64,000 bases of DNA from Camelus ferus (lineage: Eukaryota). Made by a program: the position numbers and the translations under genes. The notes under the pieces were generated by a model. It saw nothing but the letters and a program-made list of their open reading frames with translations. It was not told the origin of the DNA and ran no database searches. Shown piece by piece: positions 12,298-26,389 of the stretch (the first letter of the stretch is position 1; each line of letters opens with the position of its first letter). The stretch lies in the NCBI RefSeq assembly GCF_009834535.1, contig NC_045715.1, positions 18,662,001-18,726,000 of the forward strand, given 5' to 3'.

Positions 12298-13034
12298 CTG
12301 CTTTGAACTCCAAAGACACAGTTCATGATATATTGTTATAGGCCTGCCTCTTTCAGAATTATGCAAATCGAGAACTAAAGAAAAGGAGATCTTAAGAAAA
12401 TGTCCCCTACTGTTTCAATCACAAAGCTCTCATATTTGCGAAGGTTGGGAGTGGAGGCCTATACTTTTAGGGGCAGGAGACAGTCATAATGGAAGCTAAA
12501 ATCCGCTGAGCACTTACTACGTGCCAGGTACTAGTCGAAGCACGCTCTACAAACTTGAATTCATTTGCCACATTTTAGTTGTACGAGTCTCAAAGGATGA
12601 GTAACTTGGCAAATTTATACAGCTGGTAGTAATTAGCATAGCAGCTGGGAGACTGGAGCCTCCACCATTCCCCCTGCAGCAGGAATGCAAAAGACATCTT
12701 CTGAAGTCACAGGGCAAACACTTTGGAAAAAAATAACTATCCATAGAAACCACAAATACTTTCCCAGAGAACGGGCACCCTTCCTTCATTCACTTCGTGT
12801 AGGATAACCTGCTTTGGCTTCCAAAATGTCTACATAAGCGCTTTCACATAAAACAGCTCAATATGCTGACCTGGAGTAGAGACTACACAGCAATCCCACC
12901 CCTCGTTTTCACTATTGTCTCCAAATTATGCCTATCGGCAAGGGAATGGACAACTGAGCCCACAATGGACTTCATCAAAATACCCTGCCTTTTTTCTAAG
13001 AGGATGAACAGCTCCTTCTTGGTGACAGCTGAGG

Positions 13035-13050
13035 GGCTCTGAAAAGAGCC
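13035..13050 (-). other. Histone 3' stem-loop of H3 copy 1
   Basis: GGCTCTTTTCAGAGCC followed by CCTCA; HDE AAGGAGCTG. Confidence 0.92.
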
Positions 13051-13083
13051 TTTTGGGGTCGGGTATTGGGAACGCTAGAAAAC

Positions 13084-13660
<577 letters not shown>

Positions 13661-14332
13661 ATTAATCTGGGTTTATTCCTTTAAGAAAGGGAAGCATTTT
13701 CCCGCCTCTGCTTAGGTCTTTAGAACAATGTACAAAGGAAATACTGGCTTTTTTTAGAAGTTTGCAAGATGCATCATAATTAAGAAAGTTGTCTCAAGAA
13801 TCTGAATGTGTCTTGCACTATTTTAAATACATGGTATGATGATTGAACTGTTTACTGAATAACATGAAAGGGAACTTGAGTGTATTATAAATGGAGGCAT
13901 CGAAGTTGCTTGAAATCTAGTCATTATGTTCTATGCCAGTATTCTCAGACCTCAGCGTGTTTAAGAACCCCTCAAAGAGCTTGCTGAAATAAGGGTCGGC
14001 CAACTTTTCTTGTGAAAGCCCATGATAGCATTTTAGGTATTGCTGGACATACTGAGTCAGAACTATTTGTCCTTGACGGAGAAGTGCGAGCAAAGCGGAC
14101 ATATGGCAAGAGATCCCAGTTTATACTAAGCCTCTGTAAAAAACGGTAATGTAGGTCAAAGAACTTTTCACTCAATGTGGCGATGCTGACGGGGCGGGGG
14201 GTGGTTACTTAACGGTTTCATTTAATTGCAATGTCAAATCTAGCTCTCCGAAAACCGCCAAACCTACAGTTGGGTGCTCAGAGAAACGGAAAGCATTAGT
14301 GCCTACAGCTCTTCTAACAGATTTAGTGGGGT

Positions 14333-14348
14333 GGCCCTGAGAAGGGCC
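14333..14348 (-). other. Histone 3' stem-loop of H4
   Basis: Reverse complement GGCCCTTCTCAGGGCC; HDE AGAAGAGCTG. Confidence 0.93.
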
Positions 14349-14377
14349 TTTGAGTTATTAAGTGGAAGTTTTAAACT

Positions 14378-14815
<438 letters not shown>

Positions 14816-16952
14816 GTTTTCAGACAAAGTGGAAAGGGCGGTGCTTAAACTGCTGGGTTAAAAAGGCGCCTAATTAATGCAGTTTCTACAGTGTTTTGAG
14901 CTTGCCCACCGCTGGAAGCCCATTTATTTGTCTGGCTCAGGACTTGCTGTCCAGTTTTATTTTGTTTCTGTCATCTCTTAGACATGGATCGCACTAGCGA
15001 CTTGTGGCTGCTAGAATGAGTGTTCCATCTCAAAAACAGTGATTGTAGTCATTTGGGGGCATTTGTGAAAGCTTACTGTATCCAAAGTGCTTTCTATATA
15101 ATCTCAGTGTAATCAGCCTGTGTAGCTGCTGACTGCAGTTAACTCCTCCTGATAGCTTCAAGCTGGGGCTCCTCAGTGTTCTCATCTTCGGAGCTCTCCC
15201 CTCTTCCTGACCTTTTATTAATCTTATCACCTTCCTTTGGCCGCCGTCACTCGCTGCCACATTATTGTGGGGAAAGAGAACTGACTTTTTCACATTTTCT
15301 TCATCTGGTTTAGAAACACTTCAGGAAATTGTTTGAAGAAGAAGGTCTGTTTTACTTGCCTTTTTCTTAGTGAGTCCGTGAGAAGGTGAATATGTCGCAG
15401 GGATTCTCCCCCACCCCCACCCCCAACCTCCTTTTTGGAACTGAGAAATCGAGTGCACCTTGAAATCCCGTGCCTTTAATTTACAGATAAAGTGCAGAAT
15501 GTAGAGACCAAGAACGATTTTATTCTAGAAAAGGAAACTTTCAAAGGCAGAAAGATGGGTGTCTATGTGTCAAACCTGTTTAGAATGACCTCTCTCAGGC
15601 CCTTACTTGTCTTCCAGGTATCAGATTTTGTTTTTCTGGAAATCTTCACTTTCTGTGGCCTACATTCACCTTTCTCTTTTGCAGAGCATCAGTAATGTTC
15701 ACCCGTCCTGTTTCAAACGTATGTGGTTCATTATTTACTCCTTGAACAAATTTCTAATTTTATTCTAGGAATCAGTCTCCAAGTTATTTATAAACTCCTT
15801 TGTAATTACTGTAGATGCAAAGCACTACATGCCCATGTTCTGTTGGTTAATCCATCTCTTACTGAGTTTGTAATCTGGCTTTTTTTCCCCCCTGGCCCTG
15901 TTTAGTAATGGAATCTGAGTACTTAACCTTGAAGGCATTAATCTGGTGGGTAGTCTCACCAAGTGTTGAATAATTGGGGTAAATATTTAGTGTTTGTTTC
16001 TCACATTAGGAGAGATATTCTTTTCTAAGAGAAATGTTGGTAATGTTTTAAATTCTGTACAATTCCCTTCCTCCTTAACTGGATGAATAAATGAGGTATT
16101 ACTTGCCTTTCCAGTGTTCTGAGGGTTGCTTACTGATCCACATTTGTCTGGTGGACAATTCTTAACATTCTTAGTTCCAAGTGTTGGGTTCAATTCTTTT
16201 TAATATTGTTATACTTTCAATTGATATGCCATATATTTATTTCTTTGACACTTGATATTTTTGTTTGCTTTGGTTAGAACTTTGGAATTGACTGGAAGGT
16301 TATGTTTACATCTCTTTTACTTTTCTTTCCTTGTTCCTCATTTGAAATTAGTTTACTTACTAGTAAATAGTACCTTTCCCAATTCTCATTTCTCCTGTCC
16401 CCAAAACACATATATATTCACAGATAAACACAACAGAAACAGGCATATACACTAATCCAAAACACTAGTAGCCCTTTTCCACTCCATGAACTTAACTTCT
16501 TGGATCTTTTCCTTCCATTTCATAGTGTCTTTACACTTCCACATATACTGGCCTTTTACCAAGTCAGAACCTTAAATATGAGATATAGAAGCACAGTTTC
16601 CCTTATTCCTTGGTCCCACCTCAGCACAATCACCACCCCTGTTTCCATCCTTAAAGTTTCCATCAGCATCTATGCCTCCATGTGCTATTAAGACCAATTA
16701 AAGAAATCTGAAGAGGCGGAATCCTTTGTCCTTCCTGGTCTCTTCCTCTCTTCATCTTACCACACCCTCTTCCGTGAGGTTCCCTCTACCATATTCTTGT
16801 CTGTTTATAGCTTGAAACCTGATTTGCAAAACCCTTTATCAGAGAAACCTCTTACTTTTTCCTGAAATCCTCTCAAGACCTAAATAGATTCTTTAATATA
16901 TACAGTTTTCTTGCCTACTACTCCTTCCTTGATCTATGTAATGTCCTGCCTT

Positions 16953-17582
16953 TGAGACGGGATTGAAGAGGGCAGGGCACAGCCATGCAAGGAATACTAC
17001 AGCAGTTAACATCAAAATGGTGAAAGATTCAACCCCCAATAGGCCTTGAGGCTCAGGATGATGAGAGATTTAACTTCTAGTAGATCTTGAGCTTCATTAT
17101 ACGCCCATTGTAATGTATTAACATGGTGAATAACATGCCCCCAGGTACCATGGCAGTCCCAAGGCCAGCCACAAAAGGTCAAAAAGTGGGAAATGGCCAA
17201 CTTCCTGGGAATCCCAGCCCTTTCCCAGACTTCTTAGACTGGTCCTTCCACTTAATAGCATATGAAGTCACCAAGCCCATAAAAACCAGCAACACGGGAC
17301 CTCGCGGCGGTCCCTTTCTCCCTCTTCGGAGATGGCCCACATTCTATGGAGTGTGAACCTACTTTTACTCTAATCTGAGCACCCAATCCCCACACCTCAT
17401 GGCCTTTCTCTTGCCTTTCAATGTGTCTCTCTGAATAAATCTACCTTCACTCAACTGTGGCTCGCTCTTGAATTCTTTCCTGCGGGAAGTCAAGGACCCA
17501 CACTTAGCGGGCGCAACCCAGGGGCTCAACAAAGACATGGGACACAGTCCTTCTCACGCCCCACATCTGTTTTCCTGCATCA
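16953..17582 (+). mobile_element. Solo ERV1-class LTR, family A, copy 2
   Basis: TGAGAC...GCATCA termini; flanks CCTT/GCTT (4-bp TSD with 1 mismatch); colinear with 3028-3663. Confidence 0.88.
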
Positions 17583-17874
17583 GCTTGTTTCCAAAATTTC
17601 TTAATACTATGTGACCAATGATGATTTTTTATAGTTCCTTCTAGGTGTCTCCTGATTTAGTTTTCATGCCTGAAATATATCAAAAGATAGTTGTCAGAAA
17701 CTCTGATTCTCTTTTATTCACTTCACCTTACTAGCATCTCCAGGGTTGGATATTGAGAGAACAAGAATCAAGATAAAGGAGAGAGTTCCTGGGGTAGGGA
17801 GTTCCCTGCTGTCTTGGCCTCCTGAGTTTACAACAGGAATAGAGGCTAAGAACATAGTTTCCAAGCTTCTAATT

Positions 17875-18205
17875 TTTAATAGACTGAATGTTTCTGTCTC
17901 CCCAAAATTCATATGTTGAAACCGAATCTCGTGAGGGTATTTGGACGTGGGGTCATTCAGAGGTGCTTAGGTCATAACTGCTCTCATGAATGGGATTAGT
18001 CCCCTATAAAAGAGACCCCCCTGTCTTCCATACCATGAGAAAATAGCCATCCATGAATTAAGAAGTGGGATCTTACCAGACACTGAATCTGACAGCACCT
18101 TGATCTTGGACTTCCCACCCTCCAGAATTGAGAAATACATTTCTATTGTTTATAAGCCACCTAGTCTAAGGTATTCTGTTACAATAGCCCAAGCAGACTA
18201 AGACA
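17875..18205 (+). mobile_element. MaLR LTR (MLT1A-like)
   Basis: gactgaatgtttctgtctccccaaaattcatatgttgaaac...ttgatcttggacttccc...tttataagccacctag...gactaagaca. Confidence 0.8.
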
Positions 18206-18699
18206 CTGATGTTCTACAAGTCGTGTTTCTAGAAAAGTACTCAGATATAGTGCCCTTGATTTTGGTGGTTCTTCTAGTTTTTCGGGAAGTAAAGCTAGAA
18301 AACAATGTTGGAGATCCTGGCACAGGTGAGCCCAGGTATGAACTGAATGACAGTAGCAAGGCTGAGCCTTGGATTCAGCTCTTGCTTTTGCCATTTACTT
18401 GTTTCTTGACCTCAGAAGGAATTTCTTATCATGCACTCACTGTATTTTAATTATTCATTCATCCCGTGAATTATCTCTACTTTCTTACTACCACAAATAG
18501 TTCCTTGATAAATTTTTTGATGTGTCCTCTTTCCAGTCTGTAGGAAAATTTCCTTGGGGCATAGGCCTGGGCACACCCAACTTTACTAAATACACCAGGC
18601 AGTTTTCCAAACCATCTTCTGCAAAACTATCATCAGTAAACCACCACATGAAATTAAATTCTTACAATTCCCAAAACTTGGTTATTTATATACCAGCTT

Positions 18700-19050
18700 T
18701 CTGATTTTGCCAGTCTGATGGGTGTTGGGTAGTATTTCATTGTTGTCTTAATTTGCATTTATCTGATTAAAAGTGAAGTTTTAAAAGCCTTTATATAATT
18801 GGTAGCCATTTATATAATTGGTATCTCCATTGAAAAACTAATTTTTTTTTCATGATAGGAGGTAGATACTCTTAAGTATTTGTTTGTTCTTAACACAGAA
18901 CACTCATTGCTATAAACTTTCAGGCCACTTATGTAGGTACAAATTTTAATGTAGATTCTATCAGTTTCCATCTCAGGAAGTTCACTATTTCCATCCTTGT
19001 CCAGATCAGAAACATTATTGGCAGAGATACATAAAATATCCATTTTATAC
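18700..19050 (-). mobile_element. Old L1 fragment
   Basis: ttgccagtctgatgggtgt...tttcattgttgtcttaatttgcattt. Confidence 0.55.
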
Positions 19051-19396
19051 ACTTCAGACTCTTTCAAAATGAGAACCGCATGCCAGCAGCAGCCCCCATG
19101 CTGGAGTGGAGTGAGTAGCCCTCAAGCTTCATTTACATTGAATTTTTGCTCCCCTGCTTGACATCTTGTTTCAGGCTTTCACGAGGGAGACAGAGGGAGG
19201 CTTCTGAAAGTATTTCTCACCTAGAGCGAGTTTCTTTTTAAATAGCTAACAAAGATTTAACGGCGTATGTGGCCTTGGCAAGTGCACTTGTGCTTATTTT
19301 GCATGCGACTAAAAATACCTAGTTCTTCCATAAAACATTTTTCCTCCCGTTTTAACACCAAACCTAATGACAGCCACCCTTAGTGAGAATGGAAGT

Positions 19397-19412
19397 GGCT
19401 CTTAAAAGAGCC
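19397..19412 (-). other. Histone 3' stem-loop of H3 copy 2 (UUUA loop)
   Basis: Reverse complement GGCTCTTTTAAGAGCC-ACTTC. Confidence 0.9.
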
Positions 19413-19443
19413 TTTGGGAGAACAAATGCGCTTAGGACAGGGT

Positions 19444-19854
19444 TTATGCCCTCTCCCNNNNNNNNNNNNNNNNNNNNNNNNNNNNNNNNNNNNNNNNNNN
19501 NNNNNNNNNNNNNNNNNNNNNNNNNNNNNNNNNNNNNNNNNNNNNNNNNNNNNNNNNNNNNNNNNNNNNNNNNNNNNNNNNNNNNNNNNNNNNNNNNNNN
19601 NNNNNNNNNNNNNNNNNNNNNNNNNNNNNNNNNNNNNNNNNNNNNNNNNNNNNNNNNNNNNNNNNNNNNNNNNNNNNNNNNNNNNNNNNNNNNNNNNNNN
19701 NNNNNNNNNNNNNNNNNNNNNNNNNNNNNNNNNNNNNNNNNNNNNNNNNNNNNNNNNNNNNNNNNNNNNNNNNNNNNNNNNNNNNNNNNNNNNNNNNNNN
19801 NNNNNNNNNNNNNNNNNNNNNNNNNTTGCGGGCCGTCTGCTTGGTGCGAGCCAT
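19444..19854 (-). CDS. H3C12: Histone H3, 136 aa (19458-19825 N-masked)
   Basis: MARTKQTAR...ERA*; exact 411-nt span; two upstream CCAAT boxes (~19936, ~19966); symbol from synteny. Confidence 0.85.
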   Translation of the reverse strand: MARTKQTARXXXXXXXXXXXXXXXXXXXXXXXXXXXXXXXXXXXXXXXXXXXXXXXXXXXXXXXXXXXXXXXXXXXXXXXXXXXXXXXXXXXXXXXXXXXXXXXXXXXXXXXXXXXXXXXXXXXXXXXXXXXXERA

Positions 19855-20930
19855 CAGCTTAGCGCTTGTGTTGTGAAATAAGCAACTGGAAAACTGATGC
19901 CAGAACCTGGCTTTATACTAGTAATCGGATCCTGATTGGTCAGAACTGTCGCAGGCGTCACCTGATTGGCTTTTATTCCAATCTTCATTTGATTCCTACT
20001 GCCCCTGAAAAGGTTTTGTTTTCCATACTAACAGTTGTTTTCAATTCTTACAGGAAAGAATTATTTATGACTTTTCTCTATCCGGAGTTTATGGTTTTCT
20101 ACCAAAAAGTTAAGATCCCTCCAGTAAAAGGAATCTCACGCAGTATTTGTAGAAATCAGCTCCTAAATTGTTCTTAAATGTATTTTCATTGGATTCTTTT
20201 TCGCTTCTCAATGTTGGGGGAAATTACAGCAGAATAATGTATTCATTAGCTTCTCTGAAAAGTAGTTTCATTTCATAACTGCGTCAAGATGTGCTTTTAA
20301 TGAGTGTACCAAGACCTAGAATAGAGTTAAAACAGGCTTTGACACAGCGACCCCTGAACACAGAACTTTAGTTTCCACAGCGTGGTATGGGGAAGGAGGA
20401 CCTCGATGTGTTTGACTACAAACTAGTAAGTGGTTATCCGACTTCATTAACTGATCTTGATGCAATCAAATGGCTGATTGGACTTTAATATGTAAGTTGT
20501 ATACTTGGCGGACCTGGAGTGAGGATAGGTTTACATTCATCAGTTATCAGGTGTTTTCCTGTAAATAGGGATAGCTATGAAAAGAGCCTCTGAGATGGGA
20601 GTTTTACTTTACCAATGGACCATCGGGTTCTCCTAACGATAAATACCTAGAAAAAAAACAAAACTTGGTTTAATATTTAACTTACTGGCGCATGTCATCA
20701 CCGGAACTGTGTTCCTGGGGCGGGAGTGCGGGGGCGGGTGTTGGGGTGACAACAGGCGGGTGGCTTCAGTTTTACAGAAGTATTGAGAATTGGTCTTTAC
20801 CAGATCCAAGTCAACGCATGCTTGGTCAAATCAAAAGGGTTATTACGTATGTCATGTTCTGAGAACTTTTAGCCGTGTATTCCTGGTGGGTTTCATAAGA
20901 GTGCTCAGTTCTTCCACAGAAACGGTGGGT

Positions 20931-20946
20931 GGCTCTGAAAAGAGCC
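20931..20946 (-). other. Histone 3' stem-loop of H2A copy 2
   Basis: Reverse complement GGCTCTTTTCAGAGCCACCCA; HDE GGAAGAACTG. Confidence 0.95.
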
Positions 20947-20980
20947 TTTGGTCCTAGAGTTTAAAGTATGAATTCAGAAT

Positions 20981-21373
<393 letters not shown>

Positions 21374-21687
21374 TATGCAGTATCTAAAGCCTATGCAAGA
21401 AACGAATAAAGAAAAAGAGGACAAACGCACAATTTATAGCTGCAGCTGGGCGCGAAAAAGAAGCTATTCCATTGGCTACCGTTGCAGTTTCATTTTTAAA
21501 CAAGACAAACTCAGTGCCTTTAAAACGTGTGTTCTCATTGGACAATACTGTCATTTAACATCATCACTCGTATTAGCCAATCAGACATAGAGCTTTACAA
21601 TATTACTTGCATACGGAGCTGTAAATAAAAAGGACTCGACCCGTCCCGTGCTCACTTGTTTCTGGAGTGTTGTGACTTCTGTTCACC
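21374..21687. promoter_or_regulatory. Bidirectional H2A/H2B promoter, copy 2 (inverted near-identical copy of 8674-8987)
   Basis: Only 2 mismatches to the reverse complement of copy 1; ACTTGCAT 21605-21612, CCAAT boxes, TATA. Confidence 0.9.
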
Positions 21688-22068
21688 ATGCCCGAGCCAG
21701 NNNNNNNNNNNNNNNNNNNNNNNNNNNNNNNNNNNNNNNNNNNNNNNNNNNNNNNNNNNNNNNNNNNNNNNNNNNNNNNNNNNNNNNNNNNNNNNNNNNN
21801 NNNNNNNNNNNNNNNNNNNNNNNNNNNNNNNNNNNNNNNNNNNNNNNNNNNNNNNNNNNNNNNNNNNNNNNNNNNNNNNNNNNNNNNNNNNNNNNNNNNN
21901 NNNNNNNNNNNNNNNNNNNNNNNNNNNNNNNNNNNNNNNNNNNNNNNNNNNNNNNNNNNNNNNNNNNNNNNNNNNNNNNNNNNNNNNNNNNNNNNNNNNN
22001 NNNNNNNNNNNNNNNNNNNNNNNNNNNNNNNNNNNNNNNNNNNNNNNNNNNNNNNNNNNNNNNNNNNN
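21688..22068 (+). CDS. H2BC17: Histone H2B type 1 (body N-masked; stop inferred)
   Basis: ATG CCC GAG CCA G; Ns 21701-22081 fit 126 aa; stem-loop at 22097; symbol from synteny. Confidence 0.82.
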
Positions 22069-22096
22069 NNNNNNNNNNNNNCACCCATGACCCAAA

Positions 22097-22112
22097 GGCT
22101 CTTTTCAGAGCC
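22097..22112 (+). other. Histone 3' stem-loop of H2B copy 2
   Basis: CCCAAAGGCTCTTTTCAGAGCCACCTA; HDE-like GAGAAATAGCTG. Confidence 0.95.
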
Positions 22113-23876
22113 ACCTACTCTTTCAGAGAAATAGCTGGTGCACTTTCCTTGTAGTCTAGTTTCTTTTTGGAGAATTAGGGGTTGGTTTGGGAAATAAAAA
22201 TTGGGGGGTGCTTAAAAAGCCCTTCGCACGTATTCTTGGATAAGCATTTTGGCACATTACGCAGTTTATTATGGGGTCTTTGGCGTCCTTTGAACAAGAT
22301 TTTCAGTTCTGCCCTCTGCTACATTAGCCGAAATTTCGCTTTTGGTTACCCTTCTTCAAAGTAAGTGACGTCCCCCTTCTCTGATTGGACAGCAGCACTA
22401 TTTGAAAAGCCCGTCGTGGGCTGCAATTGGCCAGATAGTTTGCTATTGGGATTGTGCGTTGTGAAGGGATTTTCTGTGGAAAGTAAAATTATGACTTACT
22501 TTATCTGTAGGAATGCACCAGGTTCTGAAGCCAAGAGCCATGAAGCTGAAAATTAACGGTTCTGTGTTTTGCAGTCAGATCCTGGGCGAAGTTAACCGCT
22601 CGGTGCTTATTTCCCATCCACTACCGAATAGGAACTGTAACTTTAGCCCTGTCTACCCTACAGAGATACTAGGGTAACTTGAAATGATTTATGTCAAAAT
22701 GCATCGGGAGCATTAAAGGTCAGAGACTCTCCTTAAGGATAAGGTGTTGAACAAGGAACCCAACAACTTGGGAAAGATGCAGTCTTCCCATGTTTTATCA
22801 GGATGCGTTGGGAGGGAGATATGCCAGGACTCGCTAGGGCGGGGAAGCAGTTTTCTGGCAGTGACTTGGGAGTCCACGATTAGAAATTCCGCGATACAAG
22901 TCAGAGACCTCAGTATTTAAGAGAAGAGCGTATTTACTGAACTCATAAGCTAGCTAGGAATATTAGGGAATGGAATCTTTCAAGGTATAATTCAAAGTCC
23001 TTCGACTCCTCCTCCCCTGCATCTTTCAATAGTGCCTAAATTCTTTTTTCGCAGTTCGAATATTAACATCTTCCACTATCCTCATCCCCTTCCACTAGGA
23101 AGTGATTGCTATTGTAAACCTTTTTTTCCCACTAACATCAAAATAACAAGCCCCTACACTCATATTTCCACTCCAGGCTACAAATTTTCCTTTCCTTGTT
23201 GTCACTTCCCTTAGTTGTGGGTGTAGGCCCTATCTCAGACGAACAGTTTTGTTCCTGTCACAGGCAACAAGCCTCCCGGAGATCAAGTCATCCAAAATAT
23301 ACGAGTTTGTCATTCACTTCTCTAAAGTGAGTTTCTCTTTTTCCAGTCCCTGCGCCCCTGTCATTAAGTCTTGGGAGCTGTTGACAGAGCCCACGGACAA
23401 GCTGCTCTACTTGTTGGAGAGCAGTCCCCTAAATTAATCTAATTGCGTTCTGAACTCATCGGCATCATATTCATCCCCTTTCTATTCTTTGCTCTCTTTC
23501 CGAGATTTTTTTTTTTTTTTTTTTTTCCTCCACGGTTAAGAGAGCTGAGGGATTATTACCTCAAGAGTAGGTGAAATAAGAAGTATTGCCCTCTTCTGCC
23601 ATCTTGTGGAAAGAAAGCAGAAGGACAAATCCAAGGAGTGTTTTCCACATCCAACTGAAATGCTTCCTCACTTCAACTTTGTACTCAAAATCAGTGAATT
23701 GGGTTAAGTGGAGTGATCATTTCCGTCTTCCATTAACCGCTGGCTTTCAAGTAGTTTCTCCAAGAGTCACTTGTGGGCATGAGAGAGAGGGAGAGAGGTA
23801 TTGTTTTTGTGGTCTAGTCAGAGCTGTCCAAATAAAAAGGAATCAAAAATCAAAATACTCTGCACCCTAAAATTAA

Positions 23877-23942
<66 letters not shown>
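23877..23942. repeat. (AAT)22 microsatellite
   Basis: 66 nt of uninterrupted AAT units. Confidence 0.97.
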
Positions 23943-23943
<1 letters not shown>

Positions 23944-24338
23944 TCATGCTCACCCTAGTTCTGGTCCTCAAAGTAATAAACACTGAATGTTTTCTGTTAA
24001 CATAAACACTTGACAAACACTGATACCCTGATTTTTGCTAGGCTGCTCTGTGAAGATATGTCAGGATTTACAGTTATGATTATCACCTAAGTAAGTTGCA
24101 GTTTTTCCACCATGAACAAGCCAATGTAAACTTGGTAACCTCCGTCATTTCACAGGTTCCCCTCCACCTCACCATTTTAAACACTTGTGTATATGCGTGC
24201 ATGTATGTGTGTTTTCCCCAGCATCTGACTCTTGACTTCTTTGCAGGTAGACTTTTTCCCCCTTACAAAATGTTTCTATCTCTTAGTTCTGCTTTGACAG
24301 TTTCTACTGTTTAAGTGCAAACATCCTGTTAACATGCT

Positions 24339-24699
24339 TGCATTAGTTTGCTAGGGATACCACAACATGCCACACACTGGGTGTCTTTAAAAAAATTATT
24401 TTCTCACAGTTCTGAGGCCAGAAGTCCAAGGTTCAGGTGTAGGCAGGATTGGTTTCCCTCCTTGGCTGGCAGCTGACCATCTTGCTATGTCCTCACGTGG
24501 TCTTTTTTCTGTGCATCTGCACCCCTGAAGTCTTTTCCTGTTCTTATAAAGTTAAAAGTGCTTTTGGATTAGGACCCTACCCTTATGATCTGATTTAACC
24601 TTAACTATCTTTTTAAAGGCCATATCTCTACATAGTTACATTGGGGTTAGGACTCAAACATATGAATTTTGAAGGAACACAATTCAGTCCATAACTACA
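24339..24699 (-). mobile_element. MaLR LTR (MLT1A/B-like)
   Basis: cattagtttgctaggg...ttttctcacagttctgaggccagaagtccaag...aattcagtccataac. Confidence 0.8.
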
Positions 24700-24900
24700 T
24701 TTAAGGCCATTTTTTCATGCATCTACACATACTAATTGAGTCAAGGATCATTGTGGTCCCCCACGAGATGAAGAAGTAAGTTTGTCTCCTAAGGAGGTCT
24801 GGTTAATTAGATACACAGTACACTCTAAAGGAGAGGCAGGAGGCCCAAATCGGCTAAGAAAATTTTTATCTTTAAATTTTTCTCATCTTGCCATAAAATA

Positions 24901-24974
24901 TGGCAGAGTATGTCCCAGGGACTCACCGAGACCTGGGACATGACCATCCTCTCTCGCCCCATTTTCCTACAACA
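24901..24974 (+). mobile_element. Isolated U5 (3') remnant of a family A-related LTR
   Basis: tggcagagtatgtcccagggactcaccgagacctgggacatgacc...ccccattttcctacaaca matches 3586-3663. Confidence 0.7.
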
Positions 24975-25945
24975 ACAGGATTTCTAGCACCTTCCTTGCC
25001 AGGTTGATAAAGATGTTGCCTTAATTTTAGAAGTGACTGAAAATGAAATATGGCCCTTTGGCCTCCTATTCCAGACATTTATGTAAACATTAAGTTTGGT
25101 TATATATGGACACATAATAGCAACAGTATTGTAAAGGAAAGAACTTCATATGAATATTTATAAAGTCATTGCTTTTTAAAGTAAGTATTGTGTTATTTAA
25201 ATGACATCATTAATATGAGCTGTTTCCAGACTCTTTGCAAATAAAACCTATTCATCAAAAAAAAAAAGGGGGGGGGGATTGGGAGAGTTGCAGTCATTTT
25301 TGTACTCTTCTTTTAAAAGGTAAAAGAAGGTGAATAATAACATCGAACACTGCTATCTGGTGTATTAGAAATTGTAGCTTTTAATGTATTTAAGGAAGAA
25401 CCTATGCCTAAGATGTGCCAGGACGTGTTGTTGTAAATACTGCAGAAGCCACAGTGGCAAAACAGACAAAAATCTCTGTTCTTGTGAATTCTTATACCAT
25501 TGGGGGAGAAAATACTAAATGAATAAATAAAATATACTATATACTACATAGTGTTAAGTGCTAAGGAGGAAAACAGAGCAGGGGAAGAAATTATGAAGAA
25601 CTGTTATTTTAAATAAACCCTAACTCCCTTTAACCAAATCTCTGAAACGGAAATTAGCTGTATGTGGTTCTTTTTTTAACTCTAAATCTAAATTCTTGTT
25701 TGCAATATTATAGTAGGTAGACAAGGCGACTTTTCAGCTGCTGGGTTAACATTCTCTGCTCTCTGAGATGGAGCACGTGACATTGGTGCCTTTCTGATTT
25801 GTGAATTATTTTTGTCTCAAATATGGGGAGGGTGAAAATTTATTCCTGTGTTGCCCACCCTTTCATTAGATACAGAAGGGAAAACGGGTTACTAAAATTA
25901 CAGCCGTCCCAGTTAGTAAACACCCCCGTTTTCTTCGAAAAGAGT

Positions 25946-26017
25946 TAGCAGAGGATGGTTTCGATCCATCGACCTCTGGGTTATGGGCCCAGCACGCTTC
26001 CGCTGCGCCACTCTGCT
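25946..26017 (-). tRNA. tRNA-iMet (CAT), initiator
   Basis: AGCAGAGTGGCGCAGCGGAAGCGTGCTGGGCCCATAACCCAGAGGTCGATGGATCGAAACCATCCTCTGCTA, canonical mammalian iMet sequence; T4 terminator follows. Confidence 0.98.
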
Positions 26018-26389
26018 ACTAGCGTTTTGGGGTGCTTGAAGTAGTTCCTTTATTTTATTTTCATTTGAAGAGTGCTGGATTCCTGTATTGAAAAAAATGT
26101 GTTTTGTTGTTGTTCTTTGTTTTTCTCTCAAAAAGCCATTAGTTTTATTTATACTTCAAACAGAAGAATGACTCCAGAGCAGATTGACTTCAAATACTCT
26201 AAACAGAGAAAAGTCGATGTTTCTGTTAGGAAAACAGCCCGTCACCAGCCTGTTCCTTTCACCTAGCCGGAGCGACTCCAGATCTTGGACTCACAAAATA
26301 TACGAGTAAATTAGAATGTAAAAAGTATCCAGCTACAAAACGAGCATTTTTAAGATTGGAAGGACTTTTTCAAAAGGTAAAAATGCATA

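Noticed and set aside
22205-22226. Possible decayed histone stem-loop on the minus strand (AAGGGCTTTTTAAGCACCCC)
   Set aside because: Needs several gaps to fit the consensus, the stem cannot form, and there is no adjacent histone remnant.
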